A stretch of 64,000 bases of DNA, taken from the NCBI GenBank assembly GCA_029263215.1, contig JAJCXY010000040.1, forward strand, positions 14,359 through 78,358, written 5' to 3'. Under the pieces are notes generated by a model. It saw only the letters and a list, made by a program, of their open reading frames with translations. It had not been told where the DNA came from and searched no databases. Each line of letters starts with the position of its first letter. Position 1 is the stretch's first letter. The stretch comes from Acidimicrobiales bacterium (lineage in GTDB: Bacteria > Actinomycetota > Acidimicrobiia > Acidimicrobiales > Aldehydirespiratoraceae). Positions 1-8,955 of the stretch are shown here, piece after piece. Both the position numbers and the translations under genes were made by a program.

Positions 1-414
1 GAGAGACCCGTCGTCCGCCCCCGACGCCTCCTTTGGCGCGGCATCACGCGCGGATGCGCGGTGTGCGGGCGGCGCCGGCTCACTACCCACTGGTTCAGCT
101 TCCCGCTCAGCTGCCCTCGCTGCGGTTTCGCCTTCGAACGCCAGCCCGGGCATTTCATTGGTGCGGTCGGGATGAACACGGTGATCACTTTCGCGCTCCT
201 CCTCATCACCCTTCTCGGCGGGATCGCTATCAGCTGGCCCGACGTCAGCGCTCTGCCACTGTTGGCCGCCACCCTCTCGGTGGCCATCATCGTTCCGATC
301 GCGATCCACCCCACCGCCAAGACCCTCTGGATCGCGGTGGACCTGATCTTCCACCCCCTCCAACCTGGCGAGGCTCTCGGCGGACCCGAGGAAGGCGCGC
401 CTCAGAAGGGGTGA
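1..414 (+). CDS. DUF983-like zinc-ribbon membrane protein; 5' end probably outside the window
   Basis: The frame of ORF 61..414 stays open back to nt 1 with no in-frame start codon. The translation has CAVC and CPRCG Cys pairs followed by two hydrophobic helices (VITFALLLITLLGGIAI, LLAATLSVAIIVPIAI). Confidence 0.5.
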   Translation, partial: ERPVVRPRRLLWRGITRGCAVCGRRRLTTHWFSFPLSCPRCGFAFERQPGHFIGAVGMNTVITFALLLITLLGGIAISWPDVSALPLLAATLSVAIIVPIAIHPTAKTLWIAVDLIFHPLQPGEALGGPEEGAPQKG

Positions 415-857
415 GCGGGGCTCGGAGATCTCATCGGGCATTTCACGTCCTCGGCGAGGGGCCCAAGCTGGTGCGACGGGATTGGTGGACGAGCCCCGTG
501 CCCCGTGCACCCGCGGCCGAGCGGAGGTGCCGTTGGCGGGGGTTTGTGCACCCTTCACACCACGCCGATCGATGAGGGTCCACCCGCTGGGGGGCTTGGC
601 CCGCTCGAGGTGAACCGCACACAGGGCCGTGCCGTAGCGGTCGCCCACAACATCACCGACCTCGACCAGCTCCACCCGTCGGGCGTCGCGGTGCAACAAC
701 ATCGAGCCGGCGGTCTCACGGCTACATCCGGGACGCTGGCAGGCAGGCACGTTTCGCAAGGTACCGAACCCCCGCCGATGGTTGGGGGACACCTCAGGCA
801 TCTGTGGACACCTGGCGGCCATCGGGCGGCCGAAGACCACCGATACGATCCGTCGTC

Positions 858-1541
858 ATGATCATCGGGTTCGATGCCGACGACACGCTCTGGCACAACG
901 AGGACGGCTTCCAGGCCACCCATCGCCAGTTCGAGTCCCTGCTCAGCACCTGGGCCACTCCCGACGAGGCCGGCGATCACCTGTTCGCGGTGGAGGCCCG
1001 GAACATGAGCCGCTACGGCTACGGCGTGAAGGCATTCACGCTCTCGATGGTCGAGGCCGCTATCGATATCTCCGATGGCGAGATCAGCACTGCCGAGCTA
1101 TCCGACATCCTCGAGCTGGGGCGACACCTGCTCGATCGGCCGGCCGAATTGATCGATGGAGTCGTCCAAGTGCTCGAAGCCCTTGCTGGACACACCCTCA
1201 TGATCATCACCAAAGGCGATCTCTACCATCAGCTCGCCCGCATCGAATCGAGCGGTCTACGAGACCATTTCTGGCGCAGGGAGGTGGTGGCCCACAAGGA
1301 CCCGTCGACCTATCGCGACCTTCTCGCCGCCCACGATGTCCCCGTCGAAGATTTTGTGATGGTGGGTAACTCGCTGCCATCCGACGTTCTCCCCGTCCTC
1401 GAGATCGGGGCCAGGGCCGTGCATGTGCCCTATGCCATCACGTGGGCCCACGAGGCTCACGACGATGAACACCCCGCTCCCACCATCGAATCGCTTGGCG
1501 AGCTCCCCGACCTGATCGGGCAATGGTCCACTCCCGGATGA
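858..1541 (+). CDS. HAD-superfamily hydrolase
   Basis: ATG at 858 inside ORF 804..1541. The N-terminus MIIGFDADDTLWHNE carries HAD motif I (DxDxT). Later ITKGD and MVGNSLPSD resemble motifs III/IV. Confidence 0.8.
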   Translation: MIIGFDADDTLWHNEDGFQATHRQFESLLSTWATPDEAGDHLFAVEARNMSRYGYGVKAFTLSMVEAAIDISDGEISTAELSDILELGRHLLDRPAELIDGVVQVLEALAGHTLMIITKGDLYHQLARIESSGLRDHFWRREVVAHKDPSTYRDLLAAHDVPVEDFVMVGNSLPSDVLPVLEIGARAVHVPYAITWAHEAHDDEHPAPTIESLGELPDLIGQWSTPG

Positions 1542-1900
1542 GACGGCTCGAGGGTCCTGAACTGGTCGCCTACGACGTTCTCGCGCCCCACCTGCTCAAG
1601 AAGGTGCGCGTCGTGAGGGTGCCGTTCCTCCCTCCCGGGTCGGCGGGCATGACAATCGGTGCAACCGTGCTGTTGTGCCGCGACGACGACCGCACCGGAC
1701 GACGCTCGCTGATCGCCCACGAGCTGGTACACGTGGGCCAATACACCGATCTCGGCTTCTTCGGATTCCTGATCCGGTACAGCCGCGACTACCTGAGGGG
1801 TCTCGTCCGGCACCGCCGCCACCGCGAGGCCTATCTCGCCATCCCGGCCGAGATCGACGCCCGGCGCGAGGCCGAGAGCTGGGCGGAGCGCCAGGCGTGA
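1538..1900 (+). CDS. Small HExxH protein, DUF4157-like putative metallopeptidase domain
   Basis: SLIAHELVHVGQY contains HExxH in the DUF4157-type context. ATG 1538 overlaps the HAD stop (ATGA); ATG 1523 is an alternative start. Confidence 0.55.
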   Translation: MRRLEGPELVAYDVLAPHLLKKVRVVRVPFLPPGSAGMTIGATVLLCRDDDRTGRRSLIAHELVHVGQYTDLGFFGFLIRYSRDYLRGLVRHRRHREAYLAIPAEIDARREAESWAERQA

Positions 1901-3366
1901 CCCTGCTCGATCCTCCGACCATTCGCCAATACTCCCCTCGCACGGTCCAGACGGTCGCCCTCGTCGGCGTGGCGTCGAGCTCCTTCACGATCACCGTGCT
2001 GTCGGCCGCGCTCGCCGACATCGCCGATGATCTCGGCTCCAGCGTGTCGACCGTTACGTGGGTGATAGCCGCTCCCCTCCTGGCCTTCGCGGTGTTCACC
2101 CCGATGGCAGGCAAGCTGGGCGACCTCCACGGACACCGACGCATATTCCTGCTGGGGTTTGCCGGTGCAGCCGTGTTGTCCTTCGCCACCGCCACTGCGT
2201 GGAATGCCGGAGCCCTCATCGCATTTCGGGTGGTGGGTCAGGGCTTCAGCGCCTCCACCGGACCATCCGCGTTGGCGATCATCATGCGCGTCTTCCCCGA
2301 GGACCGCCGCACCCACGTCGCTGGAATCTGGAGTGCCGTGCTGGCCGCATCGCCCGCAGTCGGCGTGGTGGTGGGTGGTCCCCTCATCGACCTCACGAGC
2401 TGGCGCATCCTATTCGTCATCCAGGGCATCGGCATGACGGTCGCCGTGCTCCTGGCTTGGCGGGTGTTGCCATCGACCGAGAAGCGGGACGACCTCACCT
2501 TCGATCTGGTCGGCGGCGTGCTCCTCGCTCTCGGTATCGGATCTCTGCTGGTGTCGATCAATCGCGCCGCTTCGCTGGGATGGGACCACCCGGTCATCGT
2601 GGCTGGACTCGCTTCCACACCGGTGTGGCTCGCCCTGTTCGCCCGATGGGAGAAACGCACCGGCCATCCGTTGGTCGAACTGGCCGTGCTCACCGAGCGC
2701 AACGTGGCGGTTCCCCTCATCAGCCAGATTTTCCTCAACGGTCCCTATATGGCCGCCCTGGTACTCACCTCGCTGATGCTGGCCAGCGTTTTCGATTTCG
2801 ACACCGCGGCCATATCCCTGATGATTCTTCCAAGGCCCATATCCTTCGCTCTCGGCGCGGCATCCGCCGGAGCTCTCGTCGAGAGGGTCGGTGGCCGTGC
2901 CGTGGTGATGGCCGGAACGACGGCCGTCGCCTCAGGGATCGGCCTGGTCGGTTTCGGGGCTTCAGAGCACTCTCTGATGATGGTCGGCGTCGGCGTGGCC
3001 ATTGCCGGCCTGGGCAGCGGGATCGCCCGACCACCGATCATCGCCGCCCTCACCGAATCGGTCGGCAACCGTGACCTGGGGGTAGGCACCGGCATGCTCA
3101 ACATGAGCAGCCAGATCGGAGCCGCGGCGGGCATCAGCATCCTCTCGGCCTTGATCAGTGCCGACTCCACCGGCGCCCGCTACCTGACCGTCTTCGCCAT
3201 CACCGCCGGCTGTGCCCTCGTCGCGGTGCTGGTGAGCGGGGCGATTCGTTTCAGTGGCGCCGTGAAACCATCGCGGCCGGCCGCGTCGCCGACAGCTCCT
3301 TACAGCGCGGTGATCGTTGAACGGGGCCCGAAGTCGACCGAAGCCGACGACCGGGGTGATCAGTAG
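1897..3366 (+). CDS. MFS transporter, DHA2/EmrB-like (multi-TM efflux type)
   Basis: GTG 1897 overlaps the preceding stop (GTGA). The translation has many hydrophobic helices and the MFS loop motif GKLGDLHGHRRIF. The ORF-track start at 1675 gives an Arg/Pro-rich, non-protein-like extension. Confidence 0.8.
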   Translation: MTLLDPPTIRQYSPRTVQTVALVGVASSSFTITVLSAALADIADDLGSSVSTVTWVIAAPLLAFAVFTPMAGKLGDLHGHRRIFLLGFAGAAVLSFATATAWNAGALIAFRVVGQGFSASTGPSALAIIMRVFPEDRRTHVAGIWSAVLAASPAVGVVVGGPLIDLTSWRILFVIQGIGMTVAVLLAWRVLPSTEKRDDLTFDLVGGVLLALGIGSLLVSINRAASLGWDHPVIVAGLASTPVWLALFARWEKRTGHPLVELAVLTERNVAVPLISQIFLNGPYMAALVLTSLMLASVFDFDTAAISLMILPRPISFALGAASAGALVERVGGRAVVMAGTTAVASGIGLVGFGASEHSLMMVGVGVAIAGLGSGIARPPIIAALTESVGNRDLGVGTGMLNMSSQIGAAAGISILSALISADSTGARYLTVFAITAGCALVAVLVSGAIRFSGAVKPSRPAASPTAPYSAVIVERGPKSTEADDRGDQ

Positions 3367-4211
3367 GTGTAAAAACCTTGGCCCGTCTTGCGACCGAGTT
3401 GGCCGGCCGACACCATCCGCCTGAGCAGAGGTGGCGGCGCGAGGAAGCGCTCCTGATACTCGTCGTAGAGCGACTCCGCGGTCCACAACATCACGTCGAG
3501 GCCGATCATGTCGCACAGGGTGAGCGGGCCCATCGGGTGTCCGGCGCCGAGTTTCATCGCCTCATCGATGTCTTCGGCTGAGGCATGCCCCGCCTCGAAC
3601 ATCGCGATCGCCTGGCACAAGAAAGGCACCAGCAGCGCATTCACCACGAAACCCGCCCGGTCCTTGCAATGCACCACTCGCTTGCCGAGTACATCGGTGG
3701 CGAACCCCGCCGCCACCCCCGCCGTGTGATCGGAGGTGCGTTGGGTCGAGATGACCTCGACCAGCTTCATGATCGTGGCCGGATTGAAGAAGTGCATCCC
3801 GCACACCTGCTCGGGCCGACTGGTGGCCATCGCGATGTCGATGATGGGATACGACGATGTGTTGGTGGCGATGACGGCGCCCTCGCCGAGCACCCCATCG
3901 AGTTCCTTGAACAGATTGATCTTCAGATCGAGGATCTCCGGGGCCGCTTCCACCACGAGCTGGCAGTCACCCATCGCATCGATGTCGGTGGTCCAGGAGA
4001 TGTTGGCCACAGCTGCTTCGCGAGCGCCGTCGTCGAGCTTTCCCCGTTCGACGGCCTTGCTCATCGAACCCTCGACGCGTCCCTTGCCCGCCTCGATGGC
4101 CTCCGGCGAAATGTCGCGAGCCACCACCTTGACGCCGGCCTTGGCCGCCACCTCGATGATGCCGCTGCCCATAGCGCCCGCACCGACGACACCAATGGTG
4201 TGGATGGCCAC
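3360..4211 (-). CDS. hbd: 3-hydroxybutyryl-CoA / 3-hydroxyacyl-CoA dehydrogenase
   Basis: Starts VAIHTIGVVGAGAMGSGI (Rossmann GxGxxG). Also has FFNPATIMKLVEV and a C-terminal GRKTGQGFYTY. GTG at 4211 lies 2 nt after the upstream gene's stop. The ORF-track extension to 4697 is the wrong frame of the cyclophilin gene. Confidence 0.9.
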   Translation of the reverse strand: MAIHTIGVVGAGAMGSGIIEVAAKAGVKVVARDISPEAIEAGKGRVEGSMSKAVERGKLDDGAREAAVANISWTTDIDAMGDCQLVVEAAPEILDLKINLFKELDGVLGEGAVIATNTSSYPIIDIAMATSRPEQVCGMHFFNPATIMKLVEVISTQRTSDHTAGVAAGFATDVLGKRVVHCKDRAGFVVNALLVPFLCQAIAMFEAGHASAEDIDEAMKLGAGHPMGPLTLCDMIGLDVMLWTAESLYDEYQERFLAPPPLLRRMVSAGQLGRKTGQGFYTY

Positions 4212-4213
4212 GA

Positions 4214-4771
4214 TCAGCTCTCTTCGACGACTATCGACTGGATCACAACGTCGGTGTCGGGACGATCCTGACGGTTGGTGTCGACACCCTGCATCGTTTC
4301 GACCACGTCGAGGCCGCTGACGACCTTGCCGAACAGGGAGTACTGGGGCGGCAGCCCGGCGCCGCTCGGGCCCGAAACGATGAAGAACTGGCTGCCGTTG
4401 GTGTCGGGGCCGGCGTTGGCCATGGCGAGCGACCCGACCTCGTAGCGGCCGGGAGCCGGTAGCTCGTCGGCGAACTTGTAGCCCGGGCCACCGCGGCCGG
4501 TACCCGTGGGATCGCCACCCTGACACATGAATCCCTTGATGATGCGGTGGAAGATGATGCCGTCGTAATAGTGGTAACGAGCGAGGGTGACGAAGTTGTT
4601 GACGGTGTTGGGCGCACTGGCGGCGTCGAGATGGATCACCATCGTGCCGAGAGTGGTCTCCATGGTGGCCGTGTAGCTCTTGGCAGGGTCGATGCACATC
4701 GACGGTGCCTCGTCGAATGCCCGCCGCTGGGGGGTCGAGCCATCAGCGTTGGGACAGGGGGTCGGAGCCAT
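4214..4771 (-). CDS. Peptidyl-prolyl cis-trans isomerase, cyclophilin type
   Basis: Cyclophilin motifs FHRIIKGFMCQGGDPTGTGRGGPGY and LAMANAGPDTNGSQFFI. Confidence 0.9.
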   Translation of the reverse strand: MAPTPCPNADGSTPQRRAFDEAPSMCIDPAKSYTATMETTLGTMVIHLDAASAPNTVNNFVTLARYHYYDGIIFHRIIKGFMCQGGDPTGTGRGGPGYKFADELPAPGRYEVGSLAMANAGPDTNGSQFFIVSGPSGAGLPPQYSLFGKVVSGLDVVETMQGVDTNRQDRPDTDVVIQSIVVEES

Positions 4772-4901
4772 TGGTTTGTTCCTCTCTGAGCCGGTGGGGC
4801 GCTTCCCACCACCGGCCCGAGGCTACGCCACCCACGACCGAACGTGACCAAGTCGCGGGGATCACCCAAACAGGGATCGACACCGGCTTAGGGTGAGCCG
4901 C

Positions 4902-5072
4902 GTGAGGGATCTGAGGCCCACGGCGGAGATCGAAGCGACAAGTGTGTTGCGTCGCTGTGCTTCCTGCGAGGTCACCTGGCGGGGCACCGCCGACACCAGC
5001 TGCTGGATCTGTGAATCACCGGGCGTGCGTGCCACCGAGGCCCGGTTCGTGGAAGACGAACCCGCGGCCTGA
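4902..5072 (+). CDS. Candidate 56-aa zinc-ribbon protein (CxxC-x11-CxxC)
   Basis: Hand translation from GTG 4902: VRDLRPTAEIEATSVLRRCASCEVTWRGTADTSCWICESPGVRATEARFVEDEPAA, stop TGA 5070-5072. Third codon positions are mostly G/C. It is too short for the ORF track. Confidence 0.3.
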   Translation: MRDLRPTAEIEATSVLRRCASCEVTWRGTADTSCWICESPGVRATEARFVEDEPAA

Positions 5073-5115
5073 GGCGACCGCCCCCATCCACGCCGAGAGC
5101 ACTACCATCGGCGCC

Positions 5116-5724
5116 ATGACCCCGCACTGGTCCGACTCGCGCATCGACGTCCACCGCTATGTGGTGGGTCCGGTCGACAACAACGTATTCATCATTCGCT
5201 GCAAGGAGACCGGTGACGCCCTGCTGATCGATGCCGCCAACGAGCACGACAAGCTCCTCGAGATCTGCCAGGCGCTCAATGTCCGCCGCGTCATCGAGAC
5301 TCACGGGCACTGGGATCACATCCAGGCCGTGCCCGCCATCCGCGATGCCGGCTATGAGGTCGGGGTCACCGCCGAAGACGCAGCCATGCTGCCGAGCTAC
5401 GACTTCATACTCGAGGACGAGGCGGTCATCGAGGTCGGGCGTCTCCGGATCCACACCCATCACACGCCCGGCCACACCCCCGGCTCGATGTCGTTCAGCG
5501 TCGAGGGATCACCCCTTCTCTTCAGCGGCGACACCCTCTTCCCCGGTGGGCCCGGCAACACCAGTTTCGACGGCGGCGATTTCGCCACGATCATGAAGAG
5601 CCTCGAAGACCGAATGTTCAGCGCCTTCCCCGCCGACACCCTCGTCCTGCCCGGGCACGGACTCGACACCACCCTCGCCACCGAAGCCCCTCACCTCGAC
5701 GAATGGGCGGACAGGGGCTGGTAG
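5116..5724 (+). CDS. MBL-fold metallo-hydrolase (glyoxalase II-like)
   Basis: ATG 5116 inside ORF 4942..5724. Carries the THGHWDH metal motif, plus HTPGHTPGS and LPGHG. Confidence 0.8.
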   Translation: MTPHWSDSRIDVHRYVVGPVDNNVFIIRCKETGDALLIDAANEHDKLLEICQALNVRRVIETHGHWDHIQAVPAIRDAGYEVGVTAEDAAMLPSYDFILEDEAVIEVGRLRIHTHHTPGHTPGSMSFSVEGSPLLFSGDTLFPGGPGNTSFDGGDFATIMKSLEDRMFSAFPADTLVLPGHGLDTTLATEAPHLDEWADRGW

Positions 5725-5785
5725 TCGGGAACCAGGCGGCCCTTCCCGTCGTCTCAATGTTACAGCCCCCGACCGAACGGACCCC

Positions 5786-6331
5786 ATGCGCCGTCTCCTT
5801 GTAGTTCTCATCGTCACGATCGTCGTTGCTTCCGCCTGTGGATCCGACAACACCACCATCGATGCCGGCGCCGACCCCGATTTTGATCCAGGCGACGACT
5901 CGACGACGGACCCCGGTGACGCCGACCAGCCGGCACCCGACGGCCAAGACGCCGATGTCGACGAACCTCTTGGCGCCGGTCCCTACCCGATCGCCGACCT
6001 GCAGATCATGGTGAAGCCCGACGGGGCCGACGGCGTTGTCCTCGCCTACCGCCTCGCCTGCCTCGGCGACACCGCCACCCTCACCGGCGACACTGCACCC
6101 AACTCCGCAGAGTCGATGTGCCTCGCTCTCAATGACGACGCCATCGGCACCCGCCTCATCGCCGGAGTACCCGGCGACCGCCTGTGCACCGAGATCTACG
6201 GCGGGCCCCAGGTCGCCGAGATCAAGGGCACGCTCGACGGCGAGTCGGTCGATACCACGATCGATCGCACCAACGGGTGCGGCATCGACGACTGGGATCG
6301 CCTGCTCTCGATCTTGCTTCCCTTCGCCTGA
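5786..6331 (+). CDS. Lipoprotein with a C-terminal SSI-like (subtilisin inhibitor) domain
   Basis: Signal peptide with lipobox (VVASAC) and an acidic Asp/Pro linker. Four Cys sit in the SSI pattern: LAC, SMCLAL, LCTEIYGGPQV, NGC. Compare SSI LTC, SACADL, MCPMVYDPV, NEC. Confidence 0.55.
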   Translation: MRRLLVVLIVTIVVASACGSDNTTIDAGADPDFDPGDDSTTDPGDADQPAPDGQDADVDEPLGAGPYPIADLQIMVKPDGADGVVLAYRLACLGDTATLTGDTAPNSAESMCLALNDDAIGTRLIAGVPGDRLCTEIYGGPQVAEIKGTLDGESVDTTIDRTNGCGIDDWDRLLSILLPFA

Positions 6332-6496
6332 AATCGGTGCCCAATGGCCCGATCCTTTCGGGTGGGCCGGACGATTCATCTCCCTGAACCGTTCGGACCT
6401 ACTTCGCGAAGCCAGACGTCCCGGCTGCCGAACAAGCAGGTGAACCACCAACCACTGGGCGGAACCGCTCGGTGAGCAGCCAAAGGGAGCATCGAA

Positions 6497-6961
6497 ATGG
6501 GCGCCAAGGAACACCTCGAGGAATCACTCGCAGAGCTTCTCGAGCCTGGCGAGGTCATCGAAGCCTGGCGCCCCGTGGTGGCCAACGGACGGATCGAGGA
6601 CAGTGCCTACCAGACCACCCTCGCCCTTCTCGGCCCCTCGGTATTCAGCGGCGCAGCTTGTGGTGCGGTCACCGGCGGCGGAGAGATGCCCGAACGCACC
6701 AACCTGATCGTGGTCACCGACCGCCGGGTCGTCTGGTGCAACAAGAGTCGGTTCAACGGCGAAGTGACAGTGGGTGGCAGCGATTCTCTCGGAGCCCTGC
6801 ACAGCATCGACATCGTGCCTGCTCGCATCGCCCTCGCCAAACTCCGGTTCGTGTTCCACGATCGTTCGGTCGTCAACTTCGATCTCCCGTCCGATCACAA
6901 GGCCGCGGAGTTCGCCAACGACATCCAGCGCCTGCTTCTGAGAGTGCCCACAGCCGCCTGA
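6497..6961 (+). CDS. Hypothetical protein (possibly a bacterial PH-like fold)
   Basis: ORF with an AAGGGAG Shine-Dalgarno 7 nt upstream of the ATG and protein-like composition. No diagnostic motif recognised. Confidence 0.45.
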   Translation: MGAKEHLEESLAELLEPGEVIEAWRPVVANGRIEDSAYQTTLALLGPSVFSGAACGAVTGGGEMPERTNLIVVTDRRVVWCNKSRFNGEVTVGGSDSLGALHSIDIVPARIALAKLRFVFHDRSVVNFDLPSDHKAAEFANDIQRLLLRVPTAA

Positions 6962-6989
6962 GCGTCGCCGGACAGGTACGGTTCCGGTC

Positions 6990-8171
6990 ATGACTGAAAC
7001 CGTGATTCTCAGTGGTGCTCGCACCCCGATCGGAAAGATGTCGGGAGGCCTGGCCGGGTTCTCGGGAACCGACCTCGGTGGTCTCGCCATCGCGGGTGCT
7101 CTTCGCCGGGCTGGTATCGAGGGCAGCGACGTCGACTTCGCGTTCATGGGCCAGGTCGTGATGGCCGGGGCCGGTCAGGTGCCGGCCCGTCAGGCTGCTT
7201 TCGCGGGCGGCATCCCTCTCTCGGTCCCGTCGACCGGTATCAACAAGGCATGCCCGTCGGGCCTCAACGCCATCCAGTTGGCCCATCGCCAGATCGCGCT
7301 GGGTGAAGCGGAGATCGTGGTGGCGGGCGGCATGGAGTCGATGAGCAACGCCCCCTACCTGCTCCAGAAGGGCCGGAGCGGTTACGGCTACGGCAACGCC
7401 ACCCTCCCCGATTCGCTCACCCTCGACGGCCTGTTCTGCTCGTTCGACTCCGTTCTCATGGGTGCGGGTACCGAGAAGTACGCGGCATCGGCCGGACTCG
7501 ACCGGCTTGCCCAGGATCAGCTCGCCGCGATGTCGCACGAGCGGGCCGCGAGGGCACAAAAGGACGGTTTGCTGGCCGAAGAGATCGTGCCGGTCGAGAT
7601 CCCTCAGCGCCGGGGCGACCCCCTCACCCTGGCCGAAGACGAGGGAATCCGTATCGGCACCACCGCCGACTCTCTGGGCCGGCTCCGTCCCGCGTTCGCC
7701 GAAGCGGGCAACATCACCGCGGGCAACTCCTCCCAGCTGAGCGACGCCGGCGCTGCGGTGGTGGTGACAACCAAGGCAATGGCTGATCGACTCGGCGTGG
7801 AACCACTGGCCGAGCTCATCAGCTACGGCGAGATAGCGGGCCCCGACACGTCGCTGCTCACCCAACCGAGCCGGGCCACCGTGCTCGCCCTCGAACGGGC
7901 CGGCCTCTCGGTGAGCGATGTCGACCTCTTCGAGTTCAACGAGGCTTTCGCGGCGGTGGCGTTGGCCTCGATCGATGACCTCTCCCTCCCCGACGACGTG
8001 GTCAACGTCAACGGAGGAGCAATCGCGCTGGGTCACCCGATCGGCATGAGCGGAACCCGCCTCGCCATTACCCTCGCCTACGAGCTGAAGCGCCGGGGTG
8101 GTGGACTCGGTGCTGCGGCACTGTGTGGAGGCGGTGGGCAGGGCGACGCCCTCATCTTGAAGGTCGCCTGA
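6990..8171 (+). CDS. Acetyl-CoA C-acetyltransferase (thiolase II)
   Basis: Thiolase signatures INKACPSGLNAI (active-site Cys), NVNGGAIALGHPIGMSG and CGGGGQG. Confidence 0.93.
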   Translation: MTETVILSGARTPIGKMSGGLAGFSGTDLGGLAIAGALRRAGIEGSDVDFAFMGQVVMAGAGQVPARQAAFAGGIPLSVPSTGINKACPSGLNAIQLAHRQIALGEAEIVVAGGMESMSNAPYLLQKGRSGYGYGNATLPDSLTLDGLFCSFDSVLMGAGTEKYAASAGLDRLAQDQLAAMSHERAARAQKDGLLAEEIVPVEIPQRRGDPLTLAEDEGIRIGTTADSLGRLRPAFAEAGNITAGNSSQLSDAGAAVVVTTKAMADRLGVEPLAELISYGEIAGPDTSLLTQPSRATVLALERAGLSVSDVDLFEFNEAFAAVALASIDDLSLPDDVVNVNGGAIALGHPIGMSGTRLAITLAYELKRRGGGLGAAALCGGGGQGDALILKVA

Positions 8172-8182
8172 CGCCAAACGAC

Positions 8183-8890
8183 ATGAGACCGGCCATCGTT
8201 GTTTTCCTCACCCTGATCCTCACCGCGTCCGGATGCGGCTCAGGATCAAGCACACAAGACATCGAGACTGGCGGCGACTCGGCCATCGTGGTTGCCCCCA
8301 CAAGCACCGCGACGCCAACCACGCGGCCGGAAAGCACAACCACAACCTCAACAACGAGCACCACGACATCAAGCAGCACGACCACCACGACAACCACGAC
8401 CCTGCCGAGCACCCTCGACATCGACGGATCACCTCTCATCGAGTTCTCGATCGAGGTCGACCCCGCCCTCGATCTCGACCGAGACGAACTCGTCGCCTTC
8501 ATCATCGAGACCCTGAGTGACCCGCGGAGCTGGGTGAGTCGGGGCGCAGGGTTTCGGCTCGTCGACGAAGGGGGCCTGTTCACGATCATCGTGGCCGAGC
8601 CGAGCCGCGTCGACCAGCTGTGCCGGCCCCTCCAGACACTGGGCCGATATTCATGCGCCCGCAATGGCTGGATCGCGATCAACTCCGTGCGCTGGGAGGA
8701 GGCCACCGAGGGCTGGACCGGCGGCATCAAGGCCTACCGCCAATACCTGATCAACCACGAGGTGGGCCACTACATCGTGGGCCCAACCCACTCATCGTGT
8801 CCCGGAGTGGGCGAGCTCGCGCCGCTCATGATGCAGCAGACCAAGGGGCTCCAGGGGTGCCTGCCCAACGGCTGGGTGGATCCCGGTTAG
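8183..8890 (+). CDS. DUF3152-like lipoprotein with an HExxH motif
   Basis: ATG 8183 inside ORF 8123..8890. Lipobox LTASGC and a Thr/Ser-rich linker. The C-terminus reads YRQYLINHEVGHYIVGPTHSSCPGVGELAPLMMQQTKGLQGC. Confidence 0.65.
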   Translation: MRPAIVVFLTLILTASGCGSGSSTQDIETGGDSAIVVAPTSTATPTTRPESTTTTSTTSTTTSSSTTTTTTTTLPSTLDIDGSPLIEFSIEVDPALDLDRDELVAFIIETLSDPRSWVSRGAGFRLVDEGGLFTIIVAEPSRVDQLCRPLQTLGRYSCARNGWIAINSVRWEEATEGWTGGIKAYRQYLINHEVGHYIVGPTHSSCPGVGELAPLMMQQTKGLQGCLPNGWVDPG

Positions 8891-8955
8891 CTCAACGAGC
8901 CAGTATCTGGCACGCTAACGATCGTTCACCCGAGCACTAATCCCCAGGAGGGGTC

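Noticed and set aside
4212-4697. N-terminal extension of the hbd ORF (3360..4697)
   Set aside because: It is an out-of-frame read-through of the cyclophilin gene, giving Arg/His/Pro-rich sequence. The Rossmann fold begins at GTG 4211.
6873-8177. 434-aa minus-strand ORF covering the whole thiolase gene
   Set aside because: It is a codon-aligned antisense frame of a well-supported gene in GC-rich DNA. The composition is Arg/Gly/Glu/His-rich and no motif is recognisable. This is a typical shadow ORF.
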